The translations under genes and the position numbers were made by a program. Shown piece by piece: positions 1-12,175 of a stretch of 64,000 nt of DNA (position 1 is its first letter; the number at the start of each line of letters is the position of its first letter). The notes beneath the pieces were generated by a model that worked only from the letters and a program-made list of their open reading frames with translations, made no database searches and had not been told where the DNA came from. The DNA is from Tubiluchus corallicola (taxonomy: Eukaryota > Animalia > Priapulida): NCBI GenBank assembly GCA_030141605.1, contig JAQGDQ010000001.1, positions 2,542,001-2,606,000 on the forward strand, read 5' to 3'.

Positions 1-58
1 ATCATCATTGTCATTTTCATCATCATCATTACCATCATTTTCGTCATTATCGTCATTA

Positions 59-214
59 TAGTCAAACCTCTATAACACCTACTTTGAGATTGTAAAAAGT
101 TGACATTAAGCGAGTATACATATTTGTGCAAATATGGACATTTTGTTTCACCAAAAATATAGGCATTAAGCCAGTTTGGCATTATAACAGAGGTTATATA
201 ACAAGGTTTGACTG
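59..214. mobile_element. Short pogo/Tigger-like (Tc1/mariner superfamily) MITE
   Basis: Terminal inverted repeats (T/C)AGTCAAACCT at 59-69 and AGGTTTGACTG at 204-214, flanked by TA at 57-58 and 215-216. No ORF. Confidence 0.7.
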
Positions 215-809
215 TACTTTATTACTACTATTGTTGATACTACTGCTGGCACTGGTGCCATTACTACCACCACCACAGCTTAGCAATGTGTTCTACTGAG
301 AGCCACTTTTGAACCAAATTTTGAAAATTTGTTTTTACTGTATTGGTAATTTCCATACAATAGGGGACTAAACTGCACTAAGTGAATGCCAAAAAGTCAT
401 TTTAGAACAGTGCTTACATACTTCTGATTTACCAACTGTGGTAATATAACGAAATGTCTAGGTTTATTGTCAGCTAAAACTGTATTTTAGTCATAAAAAG
501 AACATTTGCATGTTTGAAGTTTATTTTGTTATTGTTAATAGGTGATGTCTCAGTGCACAGAAAATTATTTATGGATAGACAGCTCAAACTACATCAAGTA
601 GAAGTTAGAAAGGGAAATCCCTGCACAGCATTTTCATCAACGACTGTTCCAGCTATTTGCTTGCTACTAAAGATTGTGCTTTTGTCATTCATGGTGTTAG
701 AAAATTTTTTGAGCATAATAACGAGCACTACCAGTTTTCCAATGAGCCACTTAATTGCAAGCATTCATTTTAGAATTGTCCAGAGCAAACTCAGGACTTT
801 TGTAAAAGA

Positions 810-3800
810 ATGGCAGCCGAAGTTAAGCAGACAAAAATTAGCTTGGAAAGTTCGCTTAGTGAGGACTCGAGTGACTACCCACCCCCTCCGGATGGTGGCT
901 GGGGTTGGGTGGTTGTGTTTGCGTCATTTATGGTTCATTTAATATCAGATGGGACGTCATTTGCATTTGGAGTTTTATATGTGAATATGTTAGATTTATT
1001 TCATGAGAGCAGCGGCAAGACAGCTATTGTTGGTTCACTTTATGTGTCAGTACCTTTGCTAGCCGGTCCTCTTGCTGGAGTAATAGTCGAAAAATTGGGA
1101 TGTCGAAAATCTGTTATTATCAGTGGATTCCTCACAAGTACTGGGTACCTTCTAAGCATTTTTGCACCGTCTGTTGAGATACTGTGTGTCACTTTAGGAC
1201 TTATTTCAGGTTTGGGTTTAGCCACAGGCTTTGTTGCTGCTATTGTTGCTATTGTGTTTTATTTTGAGAAACGTCGCTCACTTGCCACTGGTTTAGCTAC
1301 ATGTGGATCTGGAATAGGATGTTTTGTTTTTGCGCCTTTTCTACAGTACCTTATTGAGCAGTATGGATTTCATGGAACGATGTTGATACTTGCGGGAATA
1401 TTTTTAAACCTGTGTGTTTTTGGGGCACTTTTGCGCCCATTACAATGGACAGACGATGATGAAGATAATGATGATGAAGGCGATGATGAAGATGAAAGTG
1501 AAAGTGAAGTAAACTCAACTGATGCCAGAGATGAAGTCAAAAAAATATTAAGTGATCTCCGTACTGAAGTGATAACAAACTTATCTGTTTCGCCTGATGA
1601 TATTTCTCATATTAAGTGCCTCTCTGGTCATGTCATTGTACCTTGCATTACAAAGAAGCCCGATTTTCTCAGTCATTCTTTACAGGTGCTGCCGGGCTTG
1701 GGCACGCCATCTCAAGCTCCTTTTTCTGATGATAACAGGCTTGCCTTGCAACTTGGACATCCATGTGAAAAAAGAAATCATGAACCCGAAGAAACGATCA
1801 ACAAAATTCATTTAACTTCACCAGGTTCTATAGATGAAATCATAGTAGATGGCAGTAGTGCTCCAGATGTTAAATGGGACATTGATTATGAGACAAAACA
1901 AATGCCTTTATTAAAAGTAGAAACACATAATAATGAAGCTATCTGTGGGCACAACCAGTGTCATCATTATAAATGCAGTGTTTCTCTTCCAGAATTCAGG
2001 AGAGAAATGTCTAGTAAAATTCTTCCCAAAACATTAGAAGTAGGTCAGACAGAGGAGCAGAATACTGGGAGTCTGAGAGTTCCTGAAGATGCGTGGAATG
2101 ACTTTCCTGTAATTATAAAAGATGACTTACCTAACCATACATGCAAGGACCAAACTGCACAACACTATCAAAGTTTACCATCTTCACTCTCCTCTTCTCA
2201 CCAGCATTTACCATTTGAGAAAGTACTACCTCCTCCTAGACTTTTGAAGCCTAAACGGCGCCAGACTGAATTTTATCATTCCAGCGAATATAAAAAACCA
2301 ACACTTGGCAGAGTTGCAAGTATAAGGCGACCTCCACCCAGCATGATCACACAGCCACCTCCCAGACGAGCTAGTATAATTGCCTCAAGACGAGCAAGTC
2401 TCTACACTCGAAGACATAGCCTGTACACTAGGAGGCAAAGCACTGCACTGCCAAAATTACAAGTAATAATGGATACTGCAAGAGATTCCTCAGGTATTCA
2501 GGGTGAGAACAATGTTGATGTCAGTGAAATGAATGCTAGTACTATTTTTGCTAAAATGCCTATTTATACCTATTTACTTGGCGATGATCGCACAGTATCG
2601 CCAAAACGATTAGCATATTCTGACAACTATAAAATGAAAGCAGTGAGTTGTCCAGATGTATTTCTTAATGTTGACACTTTGCCCCACAGCAAGCAAGAAC
2701 CTATATTATTTGAACAGTTCAGAAAAGCTATGAAAAGCATGATTGATGTTTCTATGCTCCGGAACATGATGTTTCTTCTTTTCTGGGTTTCAAATCTTAT
2801 CTTGTACATGTGGTATGATATTCCGTACATGTACATTACTGACCATGCAATAGCTATGAATATTTCCGAAGAAAGTGCTACACTCCTAGTGTCTATCATT
2901 GGAATTGCCAACGTTGTTGGTTTAGTTTCAATAGGTTATTTCGGTGATCAGCGGCGCATACAAAGTGTATTTCTTTATTCAATTTGTATAGCCGTGTGTG
3001 GTGTGTCTGTGATGTTGGTGCCATTTTTAGTTTCTCACCTGTCATTTGTCATTTTTGCTAGTGTATATGGTTTCTTTATTGGAGCAAATTATGCACTAAC
3101 TTCAATTATTCTTTGTGACTTACTTGGTCTTGACAAGTTTGCTAGTGCATATGGGTTAGTCTGCCTTGGTCAGGGAATTGCAAATGCCATAGGACCTCCA
3201 TTAGCAGGTATGACCTACGTACTTTGTAATTTAACTACTTTCTTTTCTGGTTATAATTTTTTTAACTTTCACTTGAAATTTTTTTGTTTTTAAACAAACA
3301 AAAAAAGGCTTAAGAATGTAGTCACTGTAAATATTAGAATTTGTTTACTACACAAAATAACAGCTGCCTTCAAAGTTGCAGTTCATATTTAGCAAGCAGA
3401 GATTATATAGTGGCATATGTAAAGTATTGTGCATTTACCCAAATTGCGACTAACTAGCAATTTGTCCCGAACTTTAAGTTCAGCTCTGTATTGCAGGTAT
3501 AAGGTGCTTATATCGGTTAGCGATTAAATGACCTGCAAATTGCGAAGTTTCTTTCCTCTGCATTTAGACTAAAAATTGGTAAAAAATCACTTGACAACTG
3601 GTAATGAAAATTTCTAGTTACGTGGGTAACATTTTTACTTCAACCTAAATTGCATAGGCCTTAAGGCATTTGTGTAAGGTGTTTGTCGTTACTCAAACTA
3701 GTTTACTATTTTCAACAAGTCTACTTGGTCAAGTGTTAGTAATTTTCTATTTCAAGCAACTGCAAGTAACACAGAAACGATTTTTGTCCTGTACGTTAAT

Positions 3801-4351
3801 AGTACTGTACACAAGATATGAGCAAAAGATGTGCGAAACTGATGTGAATAATAAACTTTCTTATCTTCCCCAGATTGCTCAAAAGTACCACAAGATCTGC
3901 TCTAAAACCAACTGCCTAGTTTAAGAAACTATTATTGTTTGATAAATCTGTTATTTCTAAGTCAGTAATAATTAGATTAGTTTTGAAGTTGTGAAGAAAA
4001 ATTTCATTGAGGATCTTTCGTTCACTAATAATTATAATTTATGTATTATAATGTTGAGTTTATTGCTGTTATTGTGAAGCAACAATATTTCTTGTCTTTT
4101 AAATGCTAAATATTTTATTTGCATGATATTTGACCTGGATTCGTTTATTTTTTCCAGGTTGGTTGTATGATATAACTGGTAACTATCACACGTCTTTCTA
4201 TTTAGCTGGTTTCTGGATTTTATTTTCTGGACTGATTCTAGTTGCTATGCCTTGTGCTCAGAAGTTACAGCAACGTTATCAGCGCTTGTTCAGATTGCAT
4301 CAGCTCTATGGAGTAGTATTATCTTCTACAGATAATGTTATAGTTAAATAA
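810..4351 (+). CDS. SLC16/monocarboxylate transporter family MFS protein (~863 aa) with a very large central cytoplasmic loop; exons 810-3207 and 4158-4351
   Basis: N-terminal PPDGGWGWVVVFASF motif, YFEKRRSLATG motif and two hydrophobic helix bundles. Phase-1 intron GCAG|GTATGA (3207/3208) to TTTCCAG|GT (4157/4158) joins GPPLAG to WLYDITGNY, the expected MCT C-terminus. Stop TAA at 4349-4351. Confidence 0.92.
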
Positions 4352-5089
4352 GGCACTTATGTAGTAGTTAGAAGCCCCATAGGCTGTCCATAGATTAAAG
4401 TTCATTTACACTTTTGCTTTCAATTCCCAAAATATTTGGTAATACCTTCTTGTTTCATTTCTTTTTTCTTTGATTTCGTTTACCCTTTACAGGACATGCT
4501 GAAACAAACCTTATTTTCGTACAAGCCGTTTTGTTGCCATTTGAGAATTGAAGTGAAGTGAGAGAAACTCATATAACTAATAGTTATATGTAAAGTAACT
4601 GTCAGTGAAAACTGGTCTTGTGGACAGAGTTTGCTTTCTTGAAGGTCTCTTCAAGGACCTTGTGGACTGGGCATTAGTGTGTTTAAGGAATAAAAACATT
4701 TGTGCGACCATTGTAAAAATTATTTTAGAAATAGGGAAAATTGGACTGAATTTGGTTGTTATTAATTTTATTATCTTGTAACTTACTAACTTATTGCATC
4801 ATTTATTTGTGCAACATTTTGTACGTATTTTGTAAGGGCTGGAACTACATTTTTTTTATTTTTAAGTCAGAAATGATTTTATTTTTGTGTTATGGTCTTC
4901 ATATGGTGATACTGTATAATAGTTAATTTACCGATTGTTACCTCATACAAGCATTCTTAATTCACTTATTGGTGGGTATTATTACCTCTGTGATAGAGGA
5001 CTGTTTGTGAACAGGTTTTGTTTATGCGCAAATGATTGTAACATCCTAACAGAAGATGGCAGCAGCTTGTAGTGAGTGAGTGTGTGTGA

Positions 5090-5260
<171 letters not shown>

Positions 5261-8200
5261 GTACATACTGGGAGGTGCTACTGATTTAAGCCATCATAAC
5301 AGCAACCTTACTGATTGTTTGGCTAGGATGAATAAAATGATCTACAACATGTTTATTTGTATTTAGATAAATTTCTGTTACTGCACTGCTAAAAAAATCA
5401 CACAGAGCTTTTACTTAGAATCAAGTATTTGCCTGGTACCCATTTGATGCTTAATAATAGAAATGTCTAATGAATAAATTAAAGTTAGCTTACAGATAAG
5501 ATTATATTTAATTGCTACTTTCTAGCAAGTATTATTTTTAAAAATAAGGAGTTTCGTAGCTAACTTACTTATAACTGTCTACCTGAATGATACTTTTTAA
5601 CAGAAATAGTGCTGTAATAACATAAGCAGTCCAACTAGAGAGGAATGCAAATTTCAAAACTGGCAATAGTTTTATTTTCCTGATGGGGAATTGAATGTTC
5701 TATACATGCATTTTAATTTTACCGTATATTTTAAATTTGTTATCCTATGAAATAATAATAAATTGTGTGGTGTATTATAATACTCGAATTTTATTTTTTA
5801 CATTAGTGTTAGTTTTGTGTTGGTATGTATAATACATAATTGCATTGCAGAATTCTATATTTGTATATACGTTGTAAAATAGTAAACTGCCATTTTTCTA
5901 GATCAAACATTCTATAGAGCAATATTTTATGTGCTATATTACTGTCTCACATGTTATATAACATGGGTAAATGTTGTTGTTGTCTGTCATATAGTTTTAA
6001 AAGGCTCTCTTTTAATTGAACTTTAGACACACAGCAGTAGATAATTTTTTTCTTGAATTAATCACAGTGCAAAACATTTGTATTGTTTATTTCATGGAGA
6101 TTTGTTTAAGGGGTAAGTTTTTCTGTCAAACTGTTCAATATAATTTTTTGTGGTGTGCCGTTGAAATTAACCTTTATTTACCTGCAGAGCTGTAAGGGCA
6201 GCTAAGCTCAAAGCAGGAAATAATGATTATTTGAAAATATTTAACAAAAATTGGACTTTGTTTTTTTTGTTGTACGAGACAGTTATCTTAGAATATTGTA
6301 GATGTTGTTGTATAAACAATTAATTGCATGGAATCTTGTTTTAACAGTCATATTTCCAATGTAATACCCGCATAATATTTTAACCAGTTACCTCATGTCA
6401 GTTTACAAAAAAGTAAAGAAGAAATACAAGGAAAGTTAACAAAATAGCCATTGATTATTGGTATATATTTATTACTCAGTATTAAGGATTGCTGTTAAAT
6501 TTTTGTCTATACTTGCAGTATCTATATCTTGCAGTACTGTGTTTTAGTGTGTGAGGGCATTCTTCTCTGTGTACACACTATATTTATGAGACTAACAAAT
6601 ATTTTTTCAATTCCGTTATATGTATGTATTGTATACAGTATATGTATATACAAATTGATAGTTTACTTACTGCCGTCCACCTTTCTGTAACTGTTATTGA
6701 ACTTTCTGTTCAGACTTTAACATGGACTGGTAAGGATATTTTGCCAGTATATGCCAGAACAAAATTTTTACCAGAGTGTCATGTACTGTTCGGCCTGAGT
6801 AGTCTAAGACAATAGCTTCGTTTTTTGAGATTGTTCAATTGTTTGGATGTACGGATTTGCCTCCATGCTCAATTATTGAACAGAAATCTCTCAAATGCAA
6901 TATATCTGATCGAACAAAGATGAAATCCGTTTAGTGACCTAATAACGCAATAATTCTTCTTAATTTAATTGACTTTTGTCTAGTACCTAGTTGTTTTAAA
7001 TTCATCAAGTAATTTTAATCCCGTCTCCACACTTAGACAGCAAAATGGCTTATTTGTAACAAGTAAAATATAGACTACTTGTTTAATTTTCCCTTTGAAC
7101 TGTTTGAGCAGAACTTTTCAGTGTTAATGTGATTCATTTGTTGCCTTGTCTGTTCATGTTGGGAAACTGGCGTAATGTTAAACACTCTAAACATGTATTA
7201 GTCCTTCTTTGCGTTTGGTGTCTGTTTTAAAATATACGTTCGTACGATTTTTCGCAATACACTGTACTTAGTCAAAATTTGTGCATAGCAATGTTTAATG
7301 TATTGTAAAACGGACCTTTATATTAAGATGTTGTTCAGGACAGTAACGTGATAACTTAATTATGCAGTAGTGCACATTATTATGTATTTTGAGTTTCTTT
7401 TTTCTAGGCATGATTAGGTTGCCATTATTTTAACTGTTTTATGGGTTTACTTTTGTTGACTACGATTGAAATTGAACGGTCTCATACATACCGTACATAA
7501 CAGTACATAAACCGTATCCATGTTTTAATCGTTTAGGTCTAGCGTTTTTAATCTGCCAGTTAAATCCGACTGATTAATAGAAAACACTTTCAATGTGATC
7601 TAGGTGGTCCAGTGAGACGGGCGTATAAAATTCCTGTGTTTTTGGTTGGTCTTTGCTGCTATTGTCAGTATTGCTGCTTATTCAGTCAATTGAATCTAAA
7701 ACCCATTTCGTATTTAATATGATGAAAGGCAGCAGGGTTTGTTTTATACAGAGATGTTAATTTAAATGCATTATTACATTTATCAGGGATATAATCAGTG
7801 CATTTATTTATAATCTTAATGATTTTACAAACATAGAATTGATTAAATTTTGTGATACCAAACTCGAAAGACAGGAAATGAGATAAGTTGAGACATAGCC
7901 TGGGTTTGAACCCGGGACAAGACTCAAATCTAGTATCCCATGCACCTTTTCATAACTCTTGTCTCTTGTATTTCGAGTTTGGTATAAAAACTTAATTAAT
8001 TGTGTGTTCGCGCCATTATACACTCAGTACTTATGAATTCTGACTGTTAGGATGAGATCTGTTAGCTTTTTACTATTTGTACCGATGCGTTCTCATTTCA
8101 CGATATTGTTAACTTTAAGTTATAACATTGAACTTGATATTTTTGTTATATACTCTGAAAAATAACAATTATTTTAGTTTTGTTAACAATGTAGAGCGCC

Positions 8201-9839
8201 ATTCATATTATTTATATAGGAATGGCAATAAGATGTTGCGTACGGATCACATACAACTGTTAGTAATATTGTTTCATTGGATTGGATTTAAATTCGTTTA
8301 ATGTATTTTAATAACTAATACTTTTGTGTCGGAAATCCGTCATTTGCACACTTGATATAGTATAAAGTTAGCTGTGTTAATACCTTAGTATTAATGAAAT
8401 CATTTAGTGCTGTTATACTTTTGTTAATTTTTGTGAAACTGTAATTGTTAGGCTTAAAATATATTACTGTAATTCAAGGCTTAAAATATAATACTGTAAT
8501 TCATGTATATGTAGTCGTGCGTAGGTAAGCTCTATTTCTTTTACAGGACAGTTGTGTGTATAGCAGTAATTGTAATAATAATAACAATAAACCCGTCTGA
8601 TTATTTTGACAATATTTTTAGTTTTTTTACAATAGTAGTAGTAGTAGTAGTAGTAGTTTATTGACCAATGAATAATAGCGGGATAACAAATTGTGTTAGT
8701 TGGTCCAACACGTAACATGAGCAATTCTGAGCATTATCCAATTTGCAAGCACAAATTACATTGTACTTTGCTAATTATTTAGTTCATGTTAGTTCAGTTC
8801 AAGTTCAAGTTTGGCTTATCCGTTTATTTTAGCTCAAAGTCATAATTTATATAAGTATATGGCACGTAATGTTAAAAGTCTATAACTAAAATCATGTAAA
8901 AGTCGGTATTATGGTAAAAAACTATTGCATACACAATTTTGTAATATGTAATTAATAAATAATGTGTGGTAAATATTATTAGATAATACCGCTGGTACCT
9001 AGTAGTGTATTTTATGCATAAAACATAATAATTAAATTGAGTATTAACGAAATTTAGTTCCAAGTTAAGCAATTTTGTAATCATCAAGGACAGTCTTTAG
9101 AGGCACATAATTATCAAAAATTTTCAGAAGTACACTTAATACAACATAAATTGTGTAACAGTATCTGTTATAATATTTGTATAATGCGTCACCAAAAAAG
9201 TGCAGAAACAAAAATAACCATTTATAGCATCGAATCCATTTATGTGTAACACAATTATTTGCGACCTTTTTTCGAGCCGCTGATTTAATGAATGACATTA
9301 ACAAAGATTAAGGCCAAAATTATAAAGTACTTAACAGCCTATTACAAAAAACTGACAGTCCAGTCCAGCTTCTTTAGCGACCGATTAAACATTGATAATT
9401 TCGCTATTTTGCCGAATGATTAAAGTTCTGATTAGTAAACAACGTTATATATACCTATTTACAAAGCTCGTTGTGCGCACATTATAATATAGTTAAGAGT
9501 GGTTAGGTACATAAAACTTTAATCTTTCTCAACAATAAGACCAGGACCTGTTGCAGGGGGATAGAGGTACAGGTGTGCAAGAATGCAACGAAATCACAAA
9601 TCAAAGAACAAGGTAACTAATTGCTATGCACAAGTTGTTGCAGAATGAAAGGCAGGATTAAGGCATTGATTTGTGCTCGAGTGGACTTCCAGTGCCATTC
9701 GTACGAATTCCTTTCTCTAAATTCGCAGCCTTCCTTGACTACGAATAAAGCATCGTAGGAGGCCCAACCCGCTGCAGTCCAGCACCTGTTCGGGGTTGTC
9801 GCTCACGCATTATAGTTCTTTGATTCATGAAAACTGACG

Positions 9840-9915
9840 CTGGTTCGTGATTGGCCTGCCGCTTGCTTACCACGGCGCGTGATTGGTGGATCGTGTTCAT
9901 TAATTGCACCTGACG
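9840..9915 (+). promoter_or_regulatory. Putative snail proximal promoter (paired CGTGATTGG inverted CCAAT boxes, CACCTG E-box)
   Basis: CGTGATTGG at ~9846 and ~9878 and CACCTG at 9907, in a CpG-richer block 100-170 bp upstream of the SNAG ATG. TSS not determinable. Confidence 0.4.
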
Positions 9916-10009
9916 CTTGCAGTGATGAATGAGATCGTCGTTTCACTCATGTACCAAACGAATTGGGTTAAGCTACCAGTAAGGAATCAGTCGGACAATC
10001 TTAGTAGTT

Positions 10010-12175
10010 ATGCCTCGATCTTTCTTAATCAGTAAAAAGAGACGCTTACTTGCGCACTGCATGGCCGAAGAAATAAAGTTGACTAGAGAGACTAAACAAA
10101 TAAACGGTATGCAATTTCTTCGTGTTACTATTACTATTTTGTCATAATGTACAACCATTTTTACATTTTAACTTGATCTAAAAAATCTGCCTAAAGTTGA
10201 TTTTATGTAATTTCTCAATTCTGAAGTTGTAAATAATTATCAAAAGTGCTTTCGTAGTTAACTTGGGAAAACAGTTCCCTATTGGTTAGACAACCAGTAA
10301 ACAGCTGACTGTGTTAGAAAACTAGTAAAAAATTTTTAGCTTTTACTTTTTTGTTTTTATGATATTTTAAATCATTCTTAATGTTAATTTATTTTTATTG
10401 TCATGTAGGCTAGATAATTTTGAGAGCGTTTAGCCTTTGTATAATTCCCATTGCAAATGATCAATAATTATGCAGGCTATTATTTCGGCAATTTTATATT
10501 AACTCTTCCTGGTGTTTTTTTATACAAATTCAGTTAGCTGTTAACAGTTGGAAATTTGAAAAAGTTGCCGAAAAAAATCGTGAAAAGAGACACACCTGAC
10601 TTCTTAAATTGTTATCAATTGGCTTGGTGTTGCAATAGCGTACCATTCACAGCAGTGCTGATTGCTCATGGATACTACACGCTTCCGCCCCGACATAATG
10701 CATTCCATTCGCTAGGATACCTTTTTGCAAGTTTTCTTGCTGAAATATAGCTTAGCAAATAATGTCTATTGCTTTTTTCATCTCTAGGTAGGCCTTTAGA
10801 CGCTGTGCACTGTGAGGGAAAGGAAGATGAGACACAGAAAGAGTCTGTTAGATTCGGAAAAGAGCAGGCGATGGGGAAGGTAACGGACGAAGATCGTGAG
10901 AACAAGTGTCCTTCTTCTTTCGGAGACATCAGAAATATATTTGTGTTAAACAAACAGATCAGTGTTGGTGATGAAATGAGTGGTGCGTTTCACAAAACTG
11001 TTGCGGAGAAAAAAGACGTCTTCATGACTAAAGACTTTACCTCCTTTAACGATACTGCGCATAAAGACAGTACTGTAGACAATGATAAATCACCTAATAT
11101 AGTTAACAAAGATATGCCAGTATCTGCTAGAACGAACAAAGACAACTACACAGATGCTTTAATTATTGGCGACGTATTTAAGAACAATAATTTCGTTTAC
11201 AGAGACAGCGTGAACAACAAAAATCGTCCACCCACTGAGATTACGCGAGGACAGCAAAATAACAATTTGGCAACGACGAAAAATGATGATCTAAAACGCT
11301 CTTTCATTTCCACGTCCTTTTCCCCGGTTGTTTTGCCTCCTTCCAGCTATGTGCCCGCTAGAATACCTCCACATCACCCATTTCCAAACCCACCCAACTC
11401 ACAAGGGATTATTAGCAAACCACCAATAGCAACTGCACTGATGACGAGGCCTTCACAGGCTGTTACTAGAACACCGCCACCACACTTGGATGTGGCTAAT
11501 ATGTATTGGAACTCCCAACTTTTTCATGCTTATTATCCTTACTCTGTACCGCAGTTACCTCCGTTTTGTGGCTTCCAACGCCTCTCTCCCCCAATGGCTA
11601 CGCCCACGCTATCACCTGTCCCTCCACCGCAAACCATATTTCGCCCCGAACCGGTCAAGTTTAAAGAGACTGTTGATGACAGGAAGGAAAGATTGAGTGA
11701 ACGGGAAATGAATCCGATAATTTCTTCTCGCAGCGACGTACCGCGGTACCAATGTAACGACTGTAACAAGAGCTATTCGACTTTCAGTGGTTTGTCTAAG
11801 CACAGACAGTTCCATTGCGTCAGTCAGAGTAAGAAGTCGTTCAGTTGTAAGTACTGTGAGAAAGTTTACGTGTCCTTAGGTGCTCTGAAGATGCATATCC
11901 GCACTCATACCTTACCATGCAAGTGTAAATTATGCGGTAAAGCCTTCTCAAGACCTTGGCTCCTCCAGGGACACATCAGAACGCACACGGGAGAGAAGCC
12001 ATTTTCTTGCACACTCTGCAATCGGTCATTTGCCGATAGATCGAATCTTCGAGCTCACCTGCAGACACACTCTGACGTGAAGAAGTATTGCTGTAAGTGC
12101 TGCGGCAAAACTTTCTCTAGAATGTCACTCCTTGTCAAACATGAGGACGGCGGGTGTCCAGCCTCTTTAAGATAA
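10010..12175 (+). CDS. snail: Snail-family (snail/escargot-like) zinc-finger transcriptional repressor, ~494 aa; exons 10010-10106 and 10788-12175
   Basis: Exon 1 starts [10 protein letters not shown] (SNAG domain). Donor G|GTATGC at 10106/7 and acceptor TCTCTAG| at 10787 share phase 1. Five C-terminal fingers carry diagnostic Snail sequences ([48 protein letters not shown] with a final C2HC finger). Confidence 0.95.

Noticed and set aside
514-942. 142-aa ORF overlapping the transporter start
   Set aside because: Starts at TTG in intron-like sequence, is in a different frame and has no recognisable motif; probably intron plus 5' UTR.
3208-3293. C-terminal tail of the 827-aa ORF
   Set aside because: Read-through into the intron; the true C-terminus is on exon 4158-4351.
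7885-7925. GGTTCAAACCC B-box on the minus strand, suggesting a tRNA
   Set aside because: No cloverleaf or clear A-box; at most a decayed SINE head.
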